This document shows positions 42,155-52,867 of a DNA stretch of 64,000 bases, in pieces. The notes below the pieces were generated by a model. It was given only the letters and a program-made list of their open reading frames with translations, did no database searches and was not told the origin of the DNA. This stretch comes from an uncultured Prevotella sp. (GTDB lineage: Bacteria > Bacteroidota > Bacteroidia > Bacteroidales > Bacteroidaceae): contig CAMORS010000004.1 of the NCBI GenBank assembly GCA_946624005.1, forward strand, positions 3,839 through 67,838, given 5' to 3'. The stretch's first letter is position 1. Each line of letters opens with the position of its first letter. The position numbers were made by a program, and so were the translations under genes.

Positions 42155-45100
42155 CTACTTGAGTATGCTGACGGGTCCCATCAAACCGGCTGGCAGCAGG
42201 GGCGATGCGGCTTCGTAGAACTTGACAGGTGTGTAGGTGACAGGATATTCGCAGTCGGGTTGCTGGTCGCCGACGATGCGGTTGACCCACTGGTTGACGA
42301 CATGTATCTCTATCTCGTTTTCCCCTTTTCGCAGCGCATCAGTAATGTCCGTACGATATGGAGCTTTCCATAGCGTGGCTACAGGCTGACCGTTGATGAT
42401 GACATCGGCCACACAGCCCACGTCTCCAAGGTCGAGAATGAAACGTCCCTGGCTGAGGTCTTTCTTGGACAGCCGGAATGTGTTGCGATAGATGGCCGTT
42501 CCGGAATAGTAGCGGATGTCCGCATCGGCCGACTCGGTGTAAGAACCGAGATGGTCGACGACGATGGTCTTCCCACCTTCTGCCTGCGGTTTTCCGTAGA
42601 GGGCAGGGTCGGAAGAAGGGAAGAACGTCACTTCCCACGGACTGTCAATCCGACAGAACACCGACGCCTGTGACTTTTCAACATCATATTCTTGCTTTTC
42701 CGTCTTTTCGGAGAATACAACGAAGAGAGCATCACTGGGCAACATGTCCAGACTGACGGTGGTCTTTCCATTGTCTATTCTGTAGGACACCTCTTCCGTC
42801 AGCCCCGTTTCAGGATGCCAAAGCATGGGCTTCCTGCCAGCTGTGCGGAAAGTAACCTGCAGCGAGCGAGGAGTTTCAGAGCGGTTGTTGAGCCAGTAGA
42901 CTTCTGCTTCGGGCGAGGTTCGATGGACAAAGCGAAGGTCGGTCATGTCAGAAGCAGAGACATCGGGAGTGAGGGAAGCAAGGACGGAAGCATACTGTCC
43001 TGACGGAAAAGCGATAGGATACAGAGGCAAACCATCGTCCGATTCGCAGACGATGGGAGCGCCTTGCGCACGCAGAGCTTCTATCTTCCTGACGACAGAC
43101 TCGCTAAAGTGGCGGCAGGTCTTTCCGATGACAAGGAGCGAATACCTTGATCCGCTGGGTGTTGTGAGGTAGCGGCCGTCGTATTGTATCAGGTCGAGCA
43201 GCGCATCTTTGTTCAGATAGTCGTAGTTGAAACCGGCAGGCAGGTCGGGCGTCTGATGTCCGAAGAGGCTTGTCACCACATCGTCTTCGCCATAATAATA
43301 AAGTATATCGGCTACATTGCGGCCCTGTTGCAGCATGTAGCAGCTGCGGGCGAGATAGTCGGTCCATGCTCGGGCCTGTTCGGCCCACGTCTCATGGCGG
43401 TTGAACCACTGTCCGTAGAAGTTCAGTCCGAGTCCGGGGCGCACGTTGTCCAATGGCTGATGGGTACTCTCGTGTATAACAAAGCGATTGGCACCGTTGG
43501 CCATCTCGAGGTCGGCCGTCGACTTCAGACTGCCGGGGTAGTCGGTATAAGCGCCGCCGACGTAGCCGTTGACGGTCATCGACTCCACAGCCACGAAGGG
43601 CTTTCCATAGAGATGAGCCACCGAGGCCGACTCGCGGATGTCGCTCTCGCCCATCGTTCCCGAAGAGTTGAAAGCTTTCTTGTCGCTGAGTCGCCACATG
43701 GCAGCCATCGGGATGTCGGCCTTGCTTTTCACCGTCATACCGTCGACGAGGTAGAGCCGACCGTTTTCGTGGGCTTCGAAGTAGGTCTTCAGTCCGTAAT
43801 CATGAGCGATGCGTGCCGCATTCTCGTACATACACTCACCTATCAGTTCGCCGATGGTCGTACGCCAGTCGTAGAGAAACTCCTCGCTACGCTCGCTGCT
43901 TTCCACAATCTGTCCTGTCAGCACAGGCAGCCAGGGCCACAGACTGTAGCCTCGGCGCTGCTCAAACTTGGTGGCCAACTGCGGAGCCCATGTTTCCCAA
44001 CCTGCCTCGTAGCTATCGATGAGCAGGTAGTCGAGTTTGGAGAAATCGTCGCCCAAAGTCTCCTTATACGTATCAAGGTAGTAGGTGAGGAAGCGTGTGA
44101 AGGCATCCTTGTCCATCTTCGTCACCTCCAGACCGGTGGCATCTGGCGGTGCGGGGTGGTTCTCCTTTCCCGTCAGCGTATAGCCGAAGCGGAAGATGCG
44201 CCAGCAGCCCTTCGGTGCATTCCACTGCAACACGCCGTCGGCAGAGGTCAGGTCTGTCAGGTCGACGATGTCATGGAGCGGTGTCGCTTCCGACGAGAGT
44301 GCCTCGGTGGTGAAGTCCATCATGTCTGATGGTGAGGCATAGCCAGCCTTCTCTTCGATGTGGTTAACCTTTGGCACCGTGAAAAGAGTCAGCTCCGGCG
44401 TGAAGGCCGGAGCTTTGTCGAAAACAACTCTGAAGAACTTTGCTTTTGTAGGCGGTATATTGATGGTCTGGTTGCGGATGCTGCCATGCGGAATGTCGCA
44501 GACGTCGCGAAAGCTGACACCGTCGTCGCTGGCTTGCAGATGTTTCGTGATGGGAGCTGGCAGGGCCGCCCAGATGCTGCGATAGTGGCCGTCGGCTATC
44601 TGTAGGGCCTTGATGGTCTGCGGATTGCTGAATTCGTATTGCATCCACCCCCCGTCTTTGTCGATGTCGTTCATCCTCAGGCGGGCACCCATCTGCTCCA
44701 TGGTGAGGTCGGCGGAGTTGACGCGCTGGGCGATGATGCGTACATCCTGATACAGACGGTTCTCTTGCGGTTGGGGTAGCGAGAGCGTGATGCGCTTTCC
44801 GCCTTGTGCCAATGTTTCGGTCCATACGAGTCGCTTCATGGCATCTTCCGGTTTCACCCATGGTCCGCCCGTATTGCTCCAGCCCGGACAGCTGGCGATG
44901 GCCGTCTCCATGCCTAAGGAGTCGGCTATGTTGATGGCAAGGCGAAAGGCATTGCGCCATTCGGGCGACATATAGCCGAGGCGGTTGTCGACAACGTTCT
45001 TCATGCCCATGCCAGCTTCGAAGCAGTGGAAACCGCCGACACCGGCCCGGTTCATCCATTCCAGATCTTTACGGATGCCGTCGAGGGTGATGTTGCCATC

Positions 45101-47827
45101 CATCCAGTGCCACCACACTCGAGGGCGTGCCGCTTGTGGCGGAGCCTGAAAGAATTCTGTCGAGGGTACGGCTGTACGGAGGTTCGAGGGTTCGAGATTA
45201 GCTTGGTGGGTGAGGGGGAGGAGCTTGCTGAGGGTATAGGTGCCGGCAGTGTACTCCTTTGAGGTTGTCTCGCCGGGGAGCGTGACGGTGGCGGTAGTTC
45301 CTTCGGGGATGGTAAAAGTCCATGTCCAGAGGTCGCCATCGTAGTGCCATTCGCTCTTGATGAGTCCGGCGACCGAAGGATATGCTGCCGAGAGATGACC
45401 GAGGCGTTTGTCAGGAATAGGGCTCATGATGATATGGCGGAACCCCGGCTCCTGCGGGTCGGCAGCGATACCGGCCGCTGTCTCCCATAGCCACTGGCAT
45501 ACGCAGCCATAGGCATAGTGGTTGAAGCTGTTCATGCCGTTAGGACCGAGGCCGCTGTCCTTCATATAGCTGTTCCAGCGTTCCCAGATGGTCGTCGCAC
45601 CGTTGTCGATGGAGTAGAGCCAGCTGGGGTTCTTGCGTTGGAAGAGCAGTTCGTAGGCGATGTCGGTCATCCCGTTGTCCGTCAGCGTCTGCATCAGGAT
45701 GGATGTGCCGAGGAATCCCGTTTGCAGACAGTTGCCGTGGTCGGCGAAGTTCTGCCGCAACCGAGCCAACATCTCGTCGCGAGCCTTACCTTCCACGAGG
45801 TTGTTTTTCAGGGCGAAGAGGGCCGGCGTCTGCATCGTGTTGAGCACCTCGGTCTTGAAGCGGCCGTCTTCGGTCATGAACGTCGTCTTCATATATGCCC
45901 TCGCCTCGTCGGCCATCCGCTGGTAGCGTGCAGCATCGCGCCCAGTAGCGCGTGCCATGTCGCGCATCATCGTGGCATCGATGGCCCAGTAGGAGGCACT
46001 CAGATAGCTCCAGTAGTCGGCAGCTTGGCGGCGGGTTTCAGCATCCGCGAAGGCCTTTCCGGTACAACTCTCCAAGGCCTCGTAGCTCAGCCAGTCGGCC
46101 CACTGGTAGTTGCCGTTCTCGGCGATGAGCGAGTCGTGACAATACTTCGTCTCATAGATGTGCTGCATGAAGCGGTCCATCGACTGCCAGCTCTCGTTGA
46201 TGATATCTGTATCGGCAAACTGTTTCCACACCGTCCAGGGCACGATGATGCCGGCATCGGCCCAGCCGAGGCGCATCATGTCGTGCGGCGAACCGCCATA
46301 TTGGGCGATGGGCGACACACCCGTGAAGGCTCCTGTTGGCGACTGACTGTCGCGCACGTCGCGCATCCACTTATGGAAGAAGCGGTCGGTATTGGCGAAG
46401 AATGTTCCCGTCTCGGCAAACACCTGCGTGTCGGCCATCCATCCGAGTCGTTCGTCGCGCTGTGGGCAGTCGGTGGGTACGGAGAGATAGTTGGAACGCT
46501 GTCCCCAGAGCGTGTTGGAGATGAGTTGGTTGATGTCTTTGTTGCCGGTTGTTATCGTGCCTGTTTCCATGTTCTGCGCTATCGAAGTGACGGGGATAGA
46601 GCTGATGCTGCTGATGACCACCTCGTCGGTAGCCGTTATGGAGGCATAGCGATATCCGAAGAAGGTGTAGCGCGGCGTATAGGAAACGTAGTCGGCATCG
46701 TCGGCAAAGGTATAGACCAGGCGGAAATGATGGTCGAAGGTGCGCAGGTTGCGGCGGTGGACACTGCCCTCCGGACCGTCCATACCACGGCGTTCGGCAC
46801 CGTTGCCATCATTCAGAATCTCGCCCGGCAGACAGGTCAGCACGGTTCCTTCCTTGGCTTTGAAGACGAACGACGGCACGGCGGCGCAGTTCTGGCCGAA
46901 GTCGACCACCAGCGTCTCGCCCGGACGGACGACAAGTGGCTCGCCATCGGCATATTCGCGCTTGACAATGACCGTACCATGTTCCACCTCTTCCTTCTTC
47001 TCGGCAGGCTTGGCATTGGCAATGTCCTGCCACACATAAGCCTTCACGGGCCTCAGTCTGAGGTCTTGGCGTTGATAGATTTCGGCTCCTTCGGAAGGGA
47101 GTATCTCACCTTCGAAGGCGGTATTGGGTTCAGGAGGTACGAGGTGCGCGGTACGAGGTGCGAGATGACCCGTGAATGAATCGATTGGCGAAGGGATGCG
47201 GGCATCGTATTCTTCACCGTCGAAGATGGCGGCATGGGTGACGGGACCTGCTATCTCGGCGCGCCAATGCTCGCAGTCGGTACCGTAGCGGCGTGTCGTT
47301 CCGTCGGTGAAGGTCAGTTCGATGACGGCGCGGAAAGCGCACTTCTTGCCGTACATCCCCTCGAGGTGACCTTCCGTGACAATCTTGTCGGCCCACCAAC
47401 CGGGCGTCACCTGCGCCATGAAGACGTTCTGCTTGCCTTTCTTCTTGACGAAAGCCTCAGTGATATCGTAGGTGAACGAGCGTTTCGTCTTGGCGAAATG
47501 GGTGAAGCCCGGCCGCAAGACTTCCTCGCCGACAAGCTGTCCGTTGAGGAAAAGGTCGAACACACCGAGTGCCGTTGCCATCCATCGGGCCGACTTCACC
47601 TTCTTTTCGTTGGTCAGTTCGAAGGTAAACCAGCTTGCCCCGTCGGCGGCACGCTGTATCTGGTCGGCCCGTCCTACTGCCACGGGGGCGTCTTTAACGG
47701 AAATCCACTGCGACGCATTCCAAGCCGAATCGTCGAGGGCTTGTGTGCGCTGTCCGATACTTTCCTGCGCCATTGTCGTGGAACCTGCCACGAACAAGGC
47801 TACCATTGCTATGTACAATCGCTTCAT
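42155..47827 (-). CDS. Bimodular alpha-L-rhamnosidase, GH78 fused to GH106
   Basis: N-half DFGQN, PTDCPQRDERLGW, ATTIWERWN, MNSFNHYAYG (GH78); C-half RPRVWWHWMDGN, GWSNTGGPW, IDSYEAG, ESASVAHLYG (GH106). Confidence 0.88.
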   Translation of the reverse strand: MKRLYIAMVALFVAGSTTMAQESIGQRTQALDDSAWNASQWISVKDAPVAVGRADQIQRAADGASWFTFELTNEKKVKSARWMATALGVFDLFLNGQLVGEEVLRPGFTHFAKTKRSFTYDITEAFVKKKGKQNVFMAQVTPGWWADKIVTEGHLEGMYGKKCAFRAVIELTFTDGTTRRYGTDCEHWRAEIAGPVTHAAIFDGEEYDARIPSPIDSFTGHLAPRTAHLVPPEPNTAFEGEILPSEGAEIYQRQDLRLRPVKAYVWQDIANAKPAEKKEEVEHGTVIVKREYADGEPLVVRPGETLVVDFGQNCAAVPSFVFKAKEGTVLTCLPGEILNDGNGAERRGMDGPEGSVHRRNLRTFDHHFRLVYTFADDADYVSYTPRYTFFGYRYASITATDEVVISSISSIPVTSIAQNMETGTITTGNKDINQLISNTLWGQRSNYLSVPTDCPQRDERLGWMADTQVFAETGTFFANTDRFFHKWMRDVRDSQSPTGAFTGVSPIAQYGGSPHDMMRLGWADAGIIVPWTVWKQFADTDIINESWQSMDRFMQHIYETKYCHDSLIAENGNYQWADWLSYEALESCTGKAFADAETRRQAADYWSYLSASYWAIDATMMRDMARATGRDAARYQRMADEARAYMKTTFMTEDGRFKTEVLNTMQTPALFALKNNLVEGKARDEMLARLRQNFADHGNCLQTGFLGTSILMQTLTDNGMTDIAYELLFQRKNPSWLYSIDNGATTIWERWNSYMKDSGLGPNGMNSFNHYAYGCVCQWLWETAAGIAADPQEPGFRHIIMSPIPDKRLGHLSAAYPSVAGLIKSEWHYDGDLWTWTFTIPEGTTATVTLPGETTSKEYTAGTYTLSKLLPLTHQANLEPSNLRTAVPSTEFFQAPPQAARPRVWWHWMDGNITLDGIRKDLEWMNRAGVGGFHCFEAGMGMKNVVDNRLGYMSPEWRNAFRLAINIADSLGMETAIASCPGWSNTGGPWVKPEDAMKRLVWTETLAQGGKRITLSLPQPQENRLYQDVRIIAQRVNSADLTMEQMGARLRMNDIDKDGGWMQYEFSNPQTIKALQIADGHYRSIWAALPAPITKHLQASDDGVSFRDVCDIPHGSIRNQTINIPPTKAKFFRVVFDKAPAFTPELTLFTVPKVNHIEEKAGYASPSDMMDFTTEALSSEATPLHDIVDLTDLTSADGVLQWNAPKGCWRIFRFGYTLTGKENHPAPPDATGLEVTKMDKDAFTRFLTYYLDTYKETLGDDFSKLDYLLIDSYEAGWETWAPQLATKFEQRRGYSLWPWLPVLTGQIVESSERSEEFLYDWRTTIGELIGECMYENAARIAHDYGLKTYFEAHENGRLYLVDGMTVKSKADIPMAAMWRLSDKKAFNSSGTMGESDIRESASVAHLYGKPFVAVESMTVNGYVGGAYTDYPGSLKSTADLEMANGANRFVIHESTHQPLDNVRPGLGLNFYGQWFNRHETWAEQARAWTDYLARSCYMLQQGRNVADILYYYGEDDVVTSLFGHQTPDLPAGFNYDYLNKDALLDLIQYDGRYLTTPSGSRYSLLVIGKTCRHFSESVVRKIEALRAQGAPIVCESDDGLPLYPIAFPSGQYASVLASLTPDVSASDMTDLRFVHRTSPEAEVYWLNNRSETPRSLQVTFRTAGRKPMLWHPETGLTEEVSYRIDNGKTTVSLDMLPSDALFVVFSEKTEKQEYDVEKSQASVFCRIDSPWEVTFFPSSDPALYGKPQAEGGKTIVVDHLGSYTESADADIRYYSGTAIYRNTFRLSKKDLSQGRFILDLGDVGCVADVIINGQPVATLWKAPYRTDITDALRKGENEIEIHVVNQWVNRIVGDQQPDCEYPVTYTPVKFYEAASPLLPAGLMGPVSILK

Positions 47828-47945
47828 ATTGTATGGGTGATGGGTGATGAATGATGGGTGATGGGTGATGAATGATGGGTGATGATGGATACTGAATGTT
47901 CAATTCTCAATTATCAATTATCAATTCTCAATTCTCAATTATCAA
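47828..47945. repeat. Intergenic heptamer tandem repeats
   Basis: (TGATGGG/TGATGAA)n followed by (CAATTCT/CAATTAT)n. Confidence 0.85.
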
Positions 47946-50900
47946 AGTTCCTTCTACCTTTCTCCTCGAGATACCTGATGAGAAACTCCGGGCGGTCGGT
48001 CTGAATGATGGATGTGCCGAGGTTGAGAATCGTCCCGTAGACATCGTCGGGGCGATCGGTATTGAAAGCCCGGTCGTCGTCATAGTTGCCGCAAAGCGAA
48101 CCCCAGATGGTGTTCACCCACACTTTCGAACCACCATCGACGACACGTCGGGCAGCCGTCTTCACCGCCTCGTCGAGCGAGCCGAAGCACAGTTCGAAGG
48201 CCATAGGCGGTTGTGGGGCGTTGATGTATTCGTCGAGAAGCTGCGTGCTTCCCGCCGACGAGATGCCCACTACGGGCATGTACATCATATTGTGGGCATG
48301 CTTGGCGAACTTCTCCTTTACCACGCTGTAGGGAGAACCGCTCTTGATGAGCACCTGGTCGGTCATGCCCAGTTCCTCGGTGATGGCCAGCACAAGGTCG
48401 TGATAGCCATAGCCTTGGTCGACGTTCACCACGATGCGGTCCTTGCAAAGCTGCAGCGCTTGCCGCAGAGTGGGAATCTTCATGCCGGGAATGGCGATGC
48501 CGTGACCACGCTTCAGGTCGAACTTCAGCAGTTCTTCGTAGGTGTAGTTGCTGATTTTTCCGCTTCCCGTCGTGCATCGGTCGAGTGTCTCGTCGTGGCT
48601 CAACACCAAGACGCTGTCCTTGGTGAGCTTCAGGTCGAGCTCCATCACGTCGACGCCCATGTCGATGACCGACTCGATAGCCGGCAGCGAATTCTCGGGA
48701 TAGTTACGCCAATCGCCGCGATGAGCCACCACGACGACATAGTCGGTCGACGGGTCGTTCAGGGCGCGGACCACCTGTTGCGCCTTGTTTTTCAGCGGTT
48801 GAGGCATCGTGAGGTCGTAGCTGCCAGCTGTATACTCCTTGCCGAAGATGTTGGCGGTGATGCCTTCGGGCAGTTCGACATGCAGCTGCCTTCCGTTGCG
48901 GCGCACGACAATCTTTCCCTGCGGAGTGTCCTGCGTCACGTTGACCCATTCCAAACCTTGCGGCACCTGTGGGCAAATCGTCACATGACGGTAGCCCGGT
49001 TCGTCGGCGATGATGCCCCCGATGGCCTGATAAAACCACGAGCCGATGCCGTTATAGCAGTTGTGCAACAGGCTGCGCTCACCGTTCCAGTGTTCCCACG
49101 TACCGGAAGCGCCGTTGTCGAGCATATAGAGATAGCCGGGATAGCCGTGCTGCTTGAGCATCGAGTACATCCAGTCGGCCTCATGATGGAGCGTGGCCCA
49201 TTCTGTCAGCACGGGTATGCCTACCAGTCCGGTGACCAGATGGCCCTTGTAGAGCTGCTCTGTACGCGCCTTCAGCGACTGGACGACACGTCCGCGTTCC
49301 GACTTCGGTGTCACGCCGACGAGCATCGGATATACCATGTCTATCTGGCTCCCAGTGCCGTATGTGGCGCTCTCGGGGTGGTAGAACGTCTTCTGTATCA
49401 CCCGGGCCAGTTCGGTGTAACGACGCTGAAACTCTTTTGCGTCGGCCTCCTTGCCCAAGATGCGGGCTATCTGTTCCAACTGAAGGTAAACCTGACAAAG
49501 GGCGCAGTTGTTCACCAAGTCGACCGATTGCTCGTCCTGAACATTCACATCGGTTCCCTTTGGGGCTGCCCAGTCGCCTAAGTACCACCAGCGATCGGGC
49601 TGGTCGGGCCACTTTTTCAGAAGTCCGTCGACGGTATACTTGTCGACATACTTCAGCCATAGCGTCATCGTTGAGTAGTTCTCACGGAGCACCTCCTCAT
49701 GACCATAATTCATATAGGTACGCCACGGAGCCTGCACCACAAAGCTGCACCAATACGGGCCGCCACCGGCAAAATAGGGCGCCGGTGCTGTGTGTGGCAG
49801 CGAACCATCCGGATGGATGACGTCGCGCCAAGCCATGAGCCAGTTGTCGTAGAGCCGTTCAACGTCGAAGAGCGTCTGCAGCGTCTGTGTCGAGGCATTG
49901 CCGTCGCCGCCATAGCCCAGTCGCTCGATGTTGGCACAGTCCACCATGTAGCCGTTGAAGGCGAGGTTCTCTAAGGTGTAGGCCACCATGTCGTGAATCT
50001 TGTTCAGCTCTTCGTCCGACGATTCAAACCAGGCCGTCCGCCGAAAGTCGGTGCGCATGCGCCGAGCTTTGATGGTGAACGGGGGTAGCGAGGCGTGCAA
50101 AACGTCGGCGTTTTTCGGATAATCGACCACCACATAGCGGAACACATGGTGGTTGAAACGGCTCTCGAAGTGGTCGCCACCATTGCGTCCCGACGAGATA
50201 TAGCGGTCGGCAGTGACGAAATAGAACGAGCCGTCGTCGTGCCGCACATCGCTGAACGACACCTTCGTCGTGTCGCCGGCAGCCATCTGCGGCAGCGTGA
50301 GGTCGATCATGCCGTTGACGATGCGGCCAAAGTCTACCACAAAGCGTCCCTCGCCCTCGGGCTCGATGCTGACGGGCTCCAGGGTTTCCTGTACGCGACA
50401 AGGCTCGCAGAGCTGCGGCGATACCTCCATGCCGTCCACCCGGACGACATCGACCGGCTGCCACGCCATCTTGTCGAGACTCGCTGCCGATAGTGCGGTG
50501 GGCACGATGCGGGCATCGATGAGCTCGCCTCCCATCTTGTGGGCCTCCCATGTGCCCCGGTCGCTATAGCCGCTCCAGGCACCTTGCCAGCTGCTGTCGG
50601 TGCAGACGATGAGCGAGGGATGATGGGCGGAGGGAGCCGAATAGCTCAGCTCGGCCTTGACGAGGGGTCCGTCGTACTGAGCCCCGAAGGTTTTCGGCTT
50701 ATACCAACCCGAGCCGGCCCAGATGACCAGCTCGTTCTGCCCCTTGCGAAGCATGCCTGTAACATCGTAGCTCACGACGAGCGACCGCTTGTTCAGCTGC
50801 GAAACGGCAGGCGTCAGCACATAGTCGCTCACCTTCACGCCGTTGAGGTAGGCTTCGTGATAGCCCAAAGAGTTGACACGCAGCACGACGGCCGACTTCG

Positions 50901-51072
50901 TATCCTTCACCGTGAAGGTCTTCCTCAATAGCGGAGCCCTTCCCTCGCCAGGCACGGCACCGATGTATTGTCCCTGCAAAGCCGACGGCTGAGAGTCAGC
51001 GGACGACAATAATGATGCCCACGCCGGCATCAGCGCGATAATCAGAAAGAATAAGATAGCACTTCTTTTCAT
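47935..51072 (-). CDS. GH78 rhamnosidase-like domain fused to a glycerophosphodiester phosphodiesterase
   Basis: DFGRIV, DCANIERLGYGGD, GTWEHW, LHNCY (GH78-like); C-terminal VAHRGDW, PENSL, ELDL, HDETLDR, IIQTDRP (GDPD). Confidence 0.85.
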   Translation of the reverse strand: MKRSAILFFLIIALMPAWASLLSSADSQPSALQGQYIGAVPGEGRAPLLRKTFTVKDTKSAVVLRVNSLGYHEAYLNGVKVSDYVLTPAVSQLNKRSLVVSYDVTGMLRKGQNELVIWAGSGWYKPKTFGAQYDGPLVKAELSYSAPSAHHPSLIVCTDSSWQGAWSGYSDRGTWEAHKMGGELIDARIVPTALSAASLDKMAWQPVDVVRVDGMEVSPQLCEPCRVQETLEPVSIEPEGEGRFVVDFGRIVNGMIDLTLPQMAAGDTTKVSFSDVRHDDGSFYFVTADRYISSGRNGGDHFESRFNHHVFRYVVVDYPKNADVLHASLPPFTIKARRMRTDFRRTAWFESSDEELNKIHDMVAYTLENLAFNGYMVDCANIERLGYGGDGNASTQTLQTLFDVERLYDNWLMAWRDVIHPDGSLPHTAPAPYFAGGGPYWCSFVVQAPWRTYMNYGHEEVLRENYSTMTLWLKYVDKYTVDGLLKKWPDQPDRWWYLGDWAAPKGTDVNVQDEQSVDLVNNCALCQVYLQLEQIARILGKEADAKEFQRRYTELARVIQKTFYHPESATYGTGSQIDMVYPMLVGVTPKSERGRVVQSLKARTEQLYKGHLVTGLVGIPVLTEWATLHHEADWMYSMLKQHGYPGYLYMLDNGASGTWEHWNGERSLLHNCYNGIGSWFYQAIGGIIADEPGYRHVTICPQVPQGLEWVNVTQDTPQGKIVVRRNGRQLHVELPEGITANIFGKEYTAGSYDLTMPQPLKNKAQQVVRALNDPSTDYVVVVAHRGDWRNYPENSLPAIESVIDMGVDVMELDLKLTKDSVLVLSHDETLDRCTTGSGKISNYTYEELLKFDLKRGHGIAIPGMKIPTLRQALQLCKDRIVVNVDQGYGYHDLVLAITEELGMTDQVLIKSGSPYSVVKEKFAKHAHNMMYMPVVGISSAGSTQLLDEYINAPQPPMAFELCFGSLDEAVKTAARRVVDGGSKVWVNTIWGSLCGNYDDDRAFNTDRPDDVYGTILNLGTSIIQTDRPEFLIRYLEEKGRRNFDN

Positions 51073-51110
51073 GAAAGTAGAATTTTTAGAGCCTGTTTGA
51101 TTTGTGTTGG

Positions 51111-51118
51111 CAAAGGTA
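51111..51118 (-). promoter_or_regulatory. -7 element TACCTTTG
   Basis: TAnnTTTG upstream of ATG 51072. Confidence 0.6.
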
Positions 51119-51273
51119 CGAAAAATTGTACGAAGTACAAAAGAAAAACCGCTTTTTCTTTTCTTATTTTCTGCCGATTTGTTCATCCCGAAAAGGCAAA
51201 ACAGCGCGCAGCAAGTGGCTAACACGAATGCTATTGACGGCATATCACGATGCAATTTGCGGCAAACGGCGAT

Positions 51274-51380
51274 ACTACATTAATAAAGTAGTCTGACTAC
51301 ATTAATAAAGTAGTCACACTACATTAATAAAGTAGTCTGACTACATTAATAAGGTAGTCTCACTACATTATTAACGTAGT
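51274..51380. repeat. Tandem array of 5 quasi-palindromic 19-bp units, 22-bp period
   Basis: ACTACATTAATAAAGTAGT units, the reverse complement of the units at 30261-30345. Confidence 0.9.
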
Positions 51381-51569
51381 GTTGCAATATGACGCAAACT
51401 GCTGCCGCAAATGCGTCGCGTTGTGTGCCGAAAGGATGGAAAACAGGCCGTGAAGCGTAAACGATTACTTGCAACTATTTAAGAAATAATTTGCGTATGT
51501 CGGCAGAAAACCGTTACTTTGCAAAAAAAATCAGGACAATCTATTTATTCACTATTAAAATCCAGACTT

Positions 51570-52766
51570 ATGAAGAAATTATTTACACTCGTTCTATTCG
51601 CAATGGCAGCCTTCGCTGTTCAGGCAGAAACCGTGGCCGACTATGTTCGTAATATCGGTACTTTCACGGCAGGCGGCACCTGCAACCTTTCCGGCACGGT
51701 GAAGATCCATAAGAACAAAGATGCCGTCAGCGGTATTCAGTTTGCCAACGGCTACACCTCTGAAGGAGTGCTCAACGAGAACTATGTCACCGTGACCTGC
51801 GAGGGCGGCTTCAAGGCTGGCGATGTCATCACCATAGCCGGTGCGTTCAACAACGACGACGACACGAAGCTCTCTGCCATCGACATCTTCACGCCCAACG
51901 AAGACCAGACGGCGAATGTGCTGTTCACCACACAGCAGTTTATCAACGGTAAGCACGCTGAAGGAGATCCCGTTGAGGAGACCTTCACGCTCGAAGAGGA
52001 TGTCGAGGTGCTCTATCTGGGACGTAATGGTAAGACCGGCACGTTCATCACCGTATTCAAGGTGGTGCGCGACGGCGAGGAGACTCCCCTGGAGCCTGAA
52101 GTGATTCCCGATGTGGAAGAGGGCGTTATCTTCGACGGTGCCATGATTGCCGGCAACAACAGCAAGGAATGGGTCGACAAGTTCGGCACCATCGAGTTCG
52201 TCGGCACCTGCTCTTACGACGCTGTGCTGGTACACAAGAACACAGACAACCTGCCTTGCATCCTCTTCGAGAAGAGCTACCAGAGCGACAAGCAGCTCAA
52301 TACTTACATCATCGTTCATCCCAACGTGGAGGGCGGCTTCAAGCAGGGCGACAAGATTACCATCGCCGGAGCCTTCAACAACAGCGACGATTCGAAGACG
52401 GCTGCCATCATCGCCTTCACCATTTCTACCGACGAGGATGGAAATACCGTTGTCAACGAGCTCTTTACCACCGAGCCGTTCATCAACGGACGCACCTCAG
52501 CCGACGATCCTGTTGAGGAGGTCTACGAACTGGAAGAGGACACCGAGGTGATCTACTTCGGACGCAACGGCAACACCAAGACTTGCATCACCACGCTGAA
52601 GATTGAGCGCAGCGGCGAAGAGCCCATCATCGAGGACCCGACAAGCATCACGGCCATCAGCGGCAACACGGCTTCTGCCGTCGCTTTCAACCTCGCCGGA
52701 CAGCAGGTCGACGCTACCTACAAGGGCATCGTCATCCAGAACGGCAAGAAGGCCATCCGCAAATAA
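51570..52766 (+). CDS. Secreted protein with two tandem homologous beta-rich domains and a T9SS-like CTD
   Basis: Signal peptide; EGGFK.GD.ITIAGAFNN.DD.K, LFTT..FING and GRNG.T.T each occur twice; FNLAGQQV..KGIVIQNGKK tail. Confidence 0.85.
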   Translation: MKKLFTLVLFAMAAFAVQAETVADYVRNIGTFTAGGTCNLSGTVKIHKNKDAVSGIQFANGYTSEGVLNENYVTVTCEGGFKAGDVITIAGAFNNDDDTKLSAIDIFTPNEDQTANVLFTTQQFINGKHAEGDPVEETFTLEEDVEVLYLGRNGKTGTFITVFKVVRDGEETPLEPEVIPDVEEGVIFDGAMIAGNNSKEWVDKFGTIEFVGTCSYDAVLVHKNTDNLPCILFEKSYQSDKQLNTYIIVHPNVEGGFKQGDKITIAGAFNNSDDSKTAAIIAFTISTDEDGNTVVNELFTTEPFINGRTSADDPVEEVYELEEDTEVIYFGRNGNTKTCITTLKIERSGEEPIIEDPTSITAISGNTASAVAFNLAGQQVDATYKGIVIQNGKKAIRK

Positions 52767-52867
52767 TCACCCCAAAAGATTAGGAACGCCTAAAGGCCAT
52801 CCGCAAAAAGTCATCAAAAAAAGGGTTCAGTAAGTCGCGGCTCCGCCGCGTCATCTCCCCCATCCCC

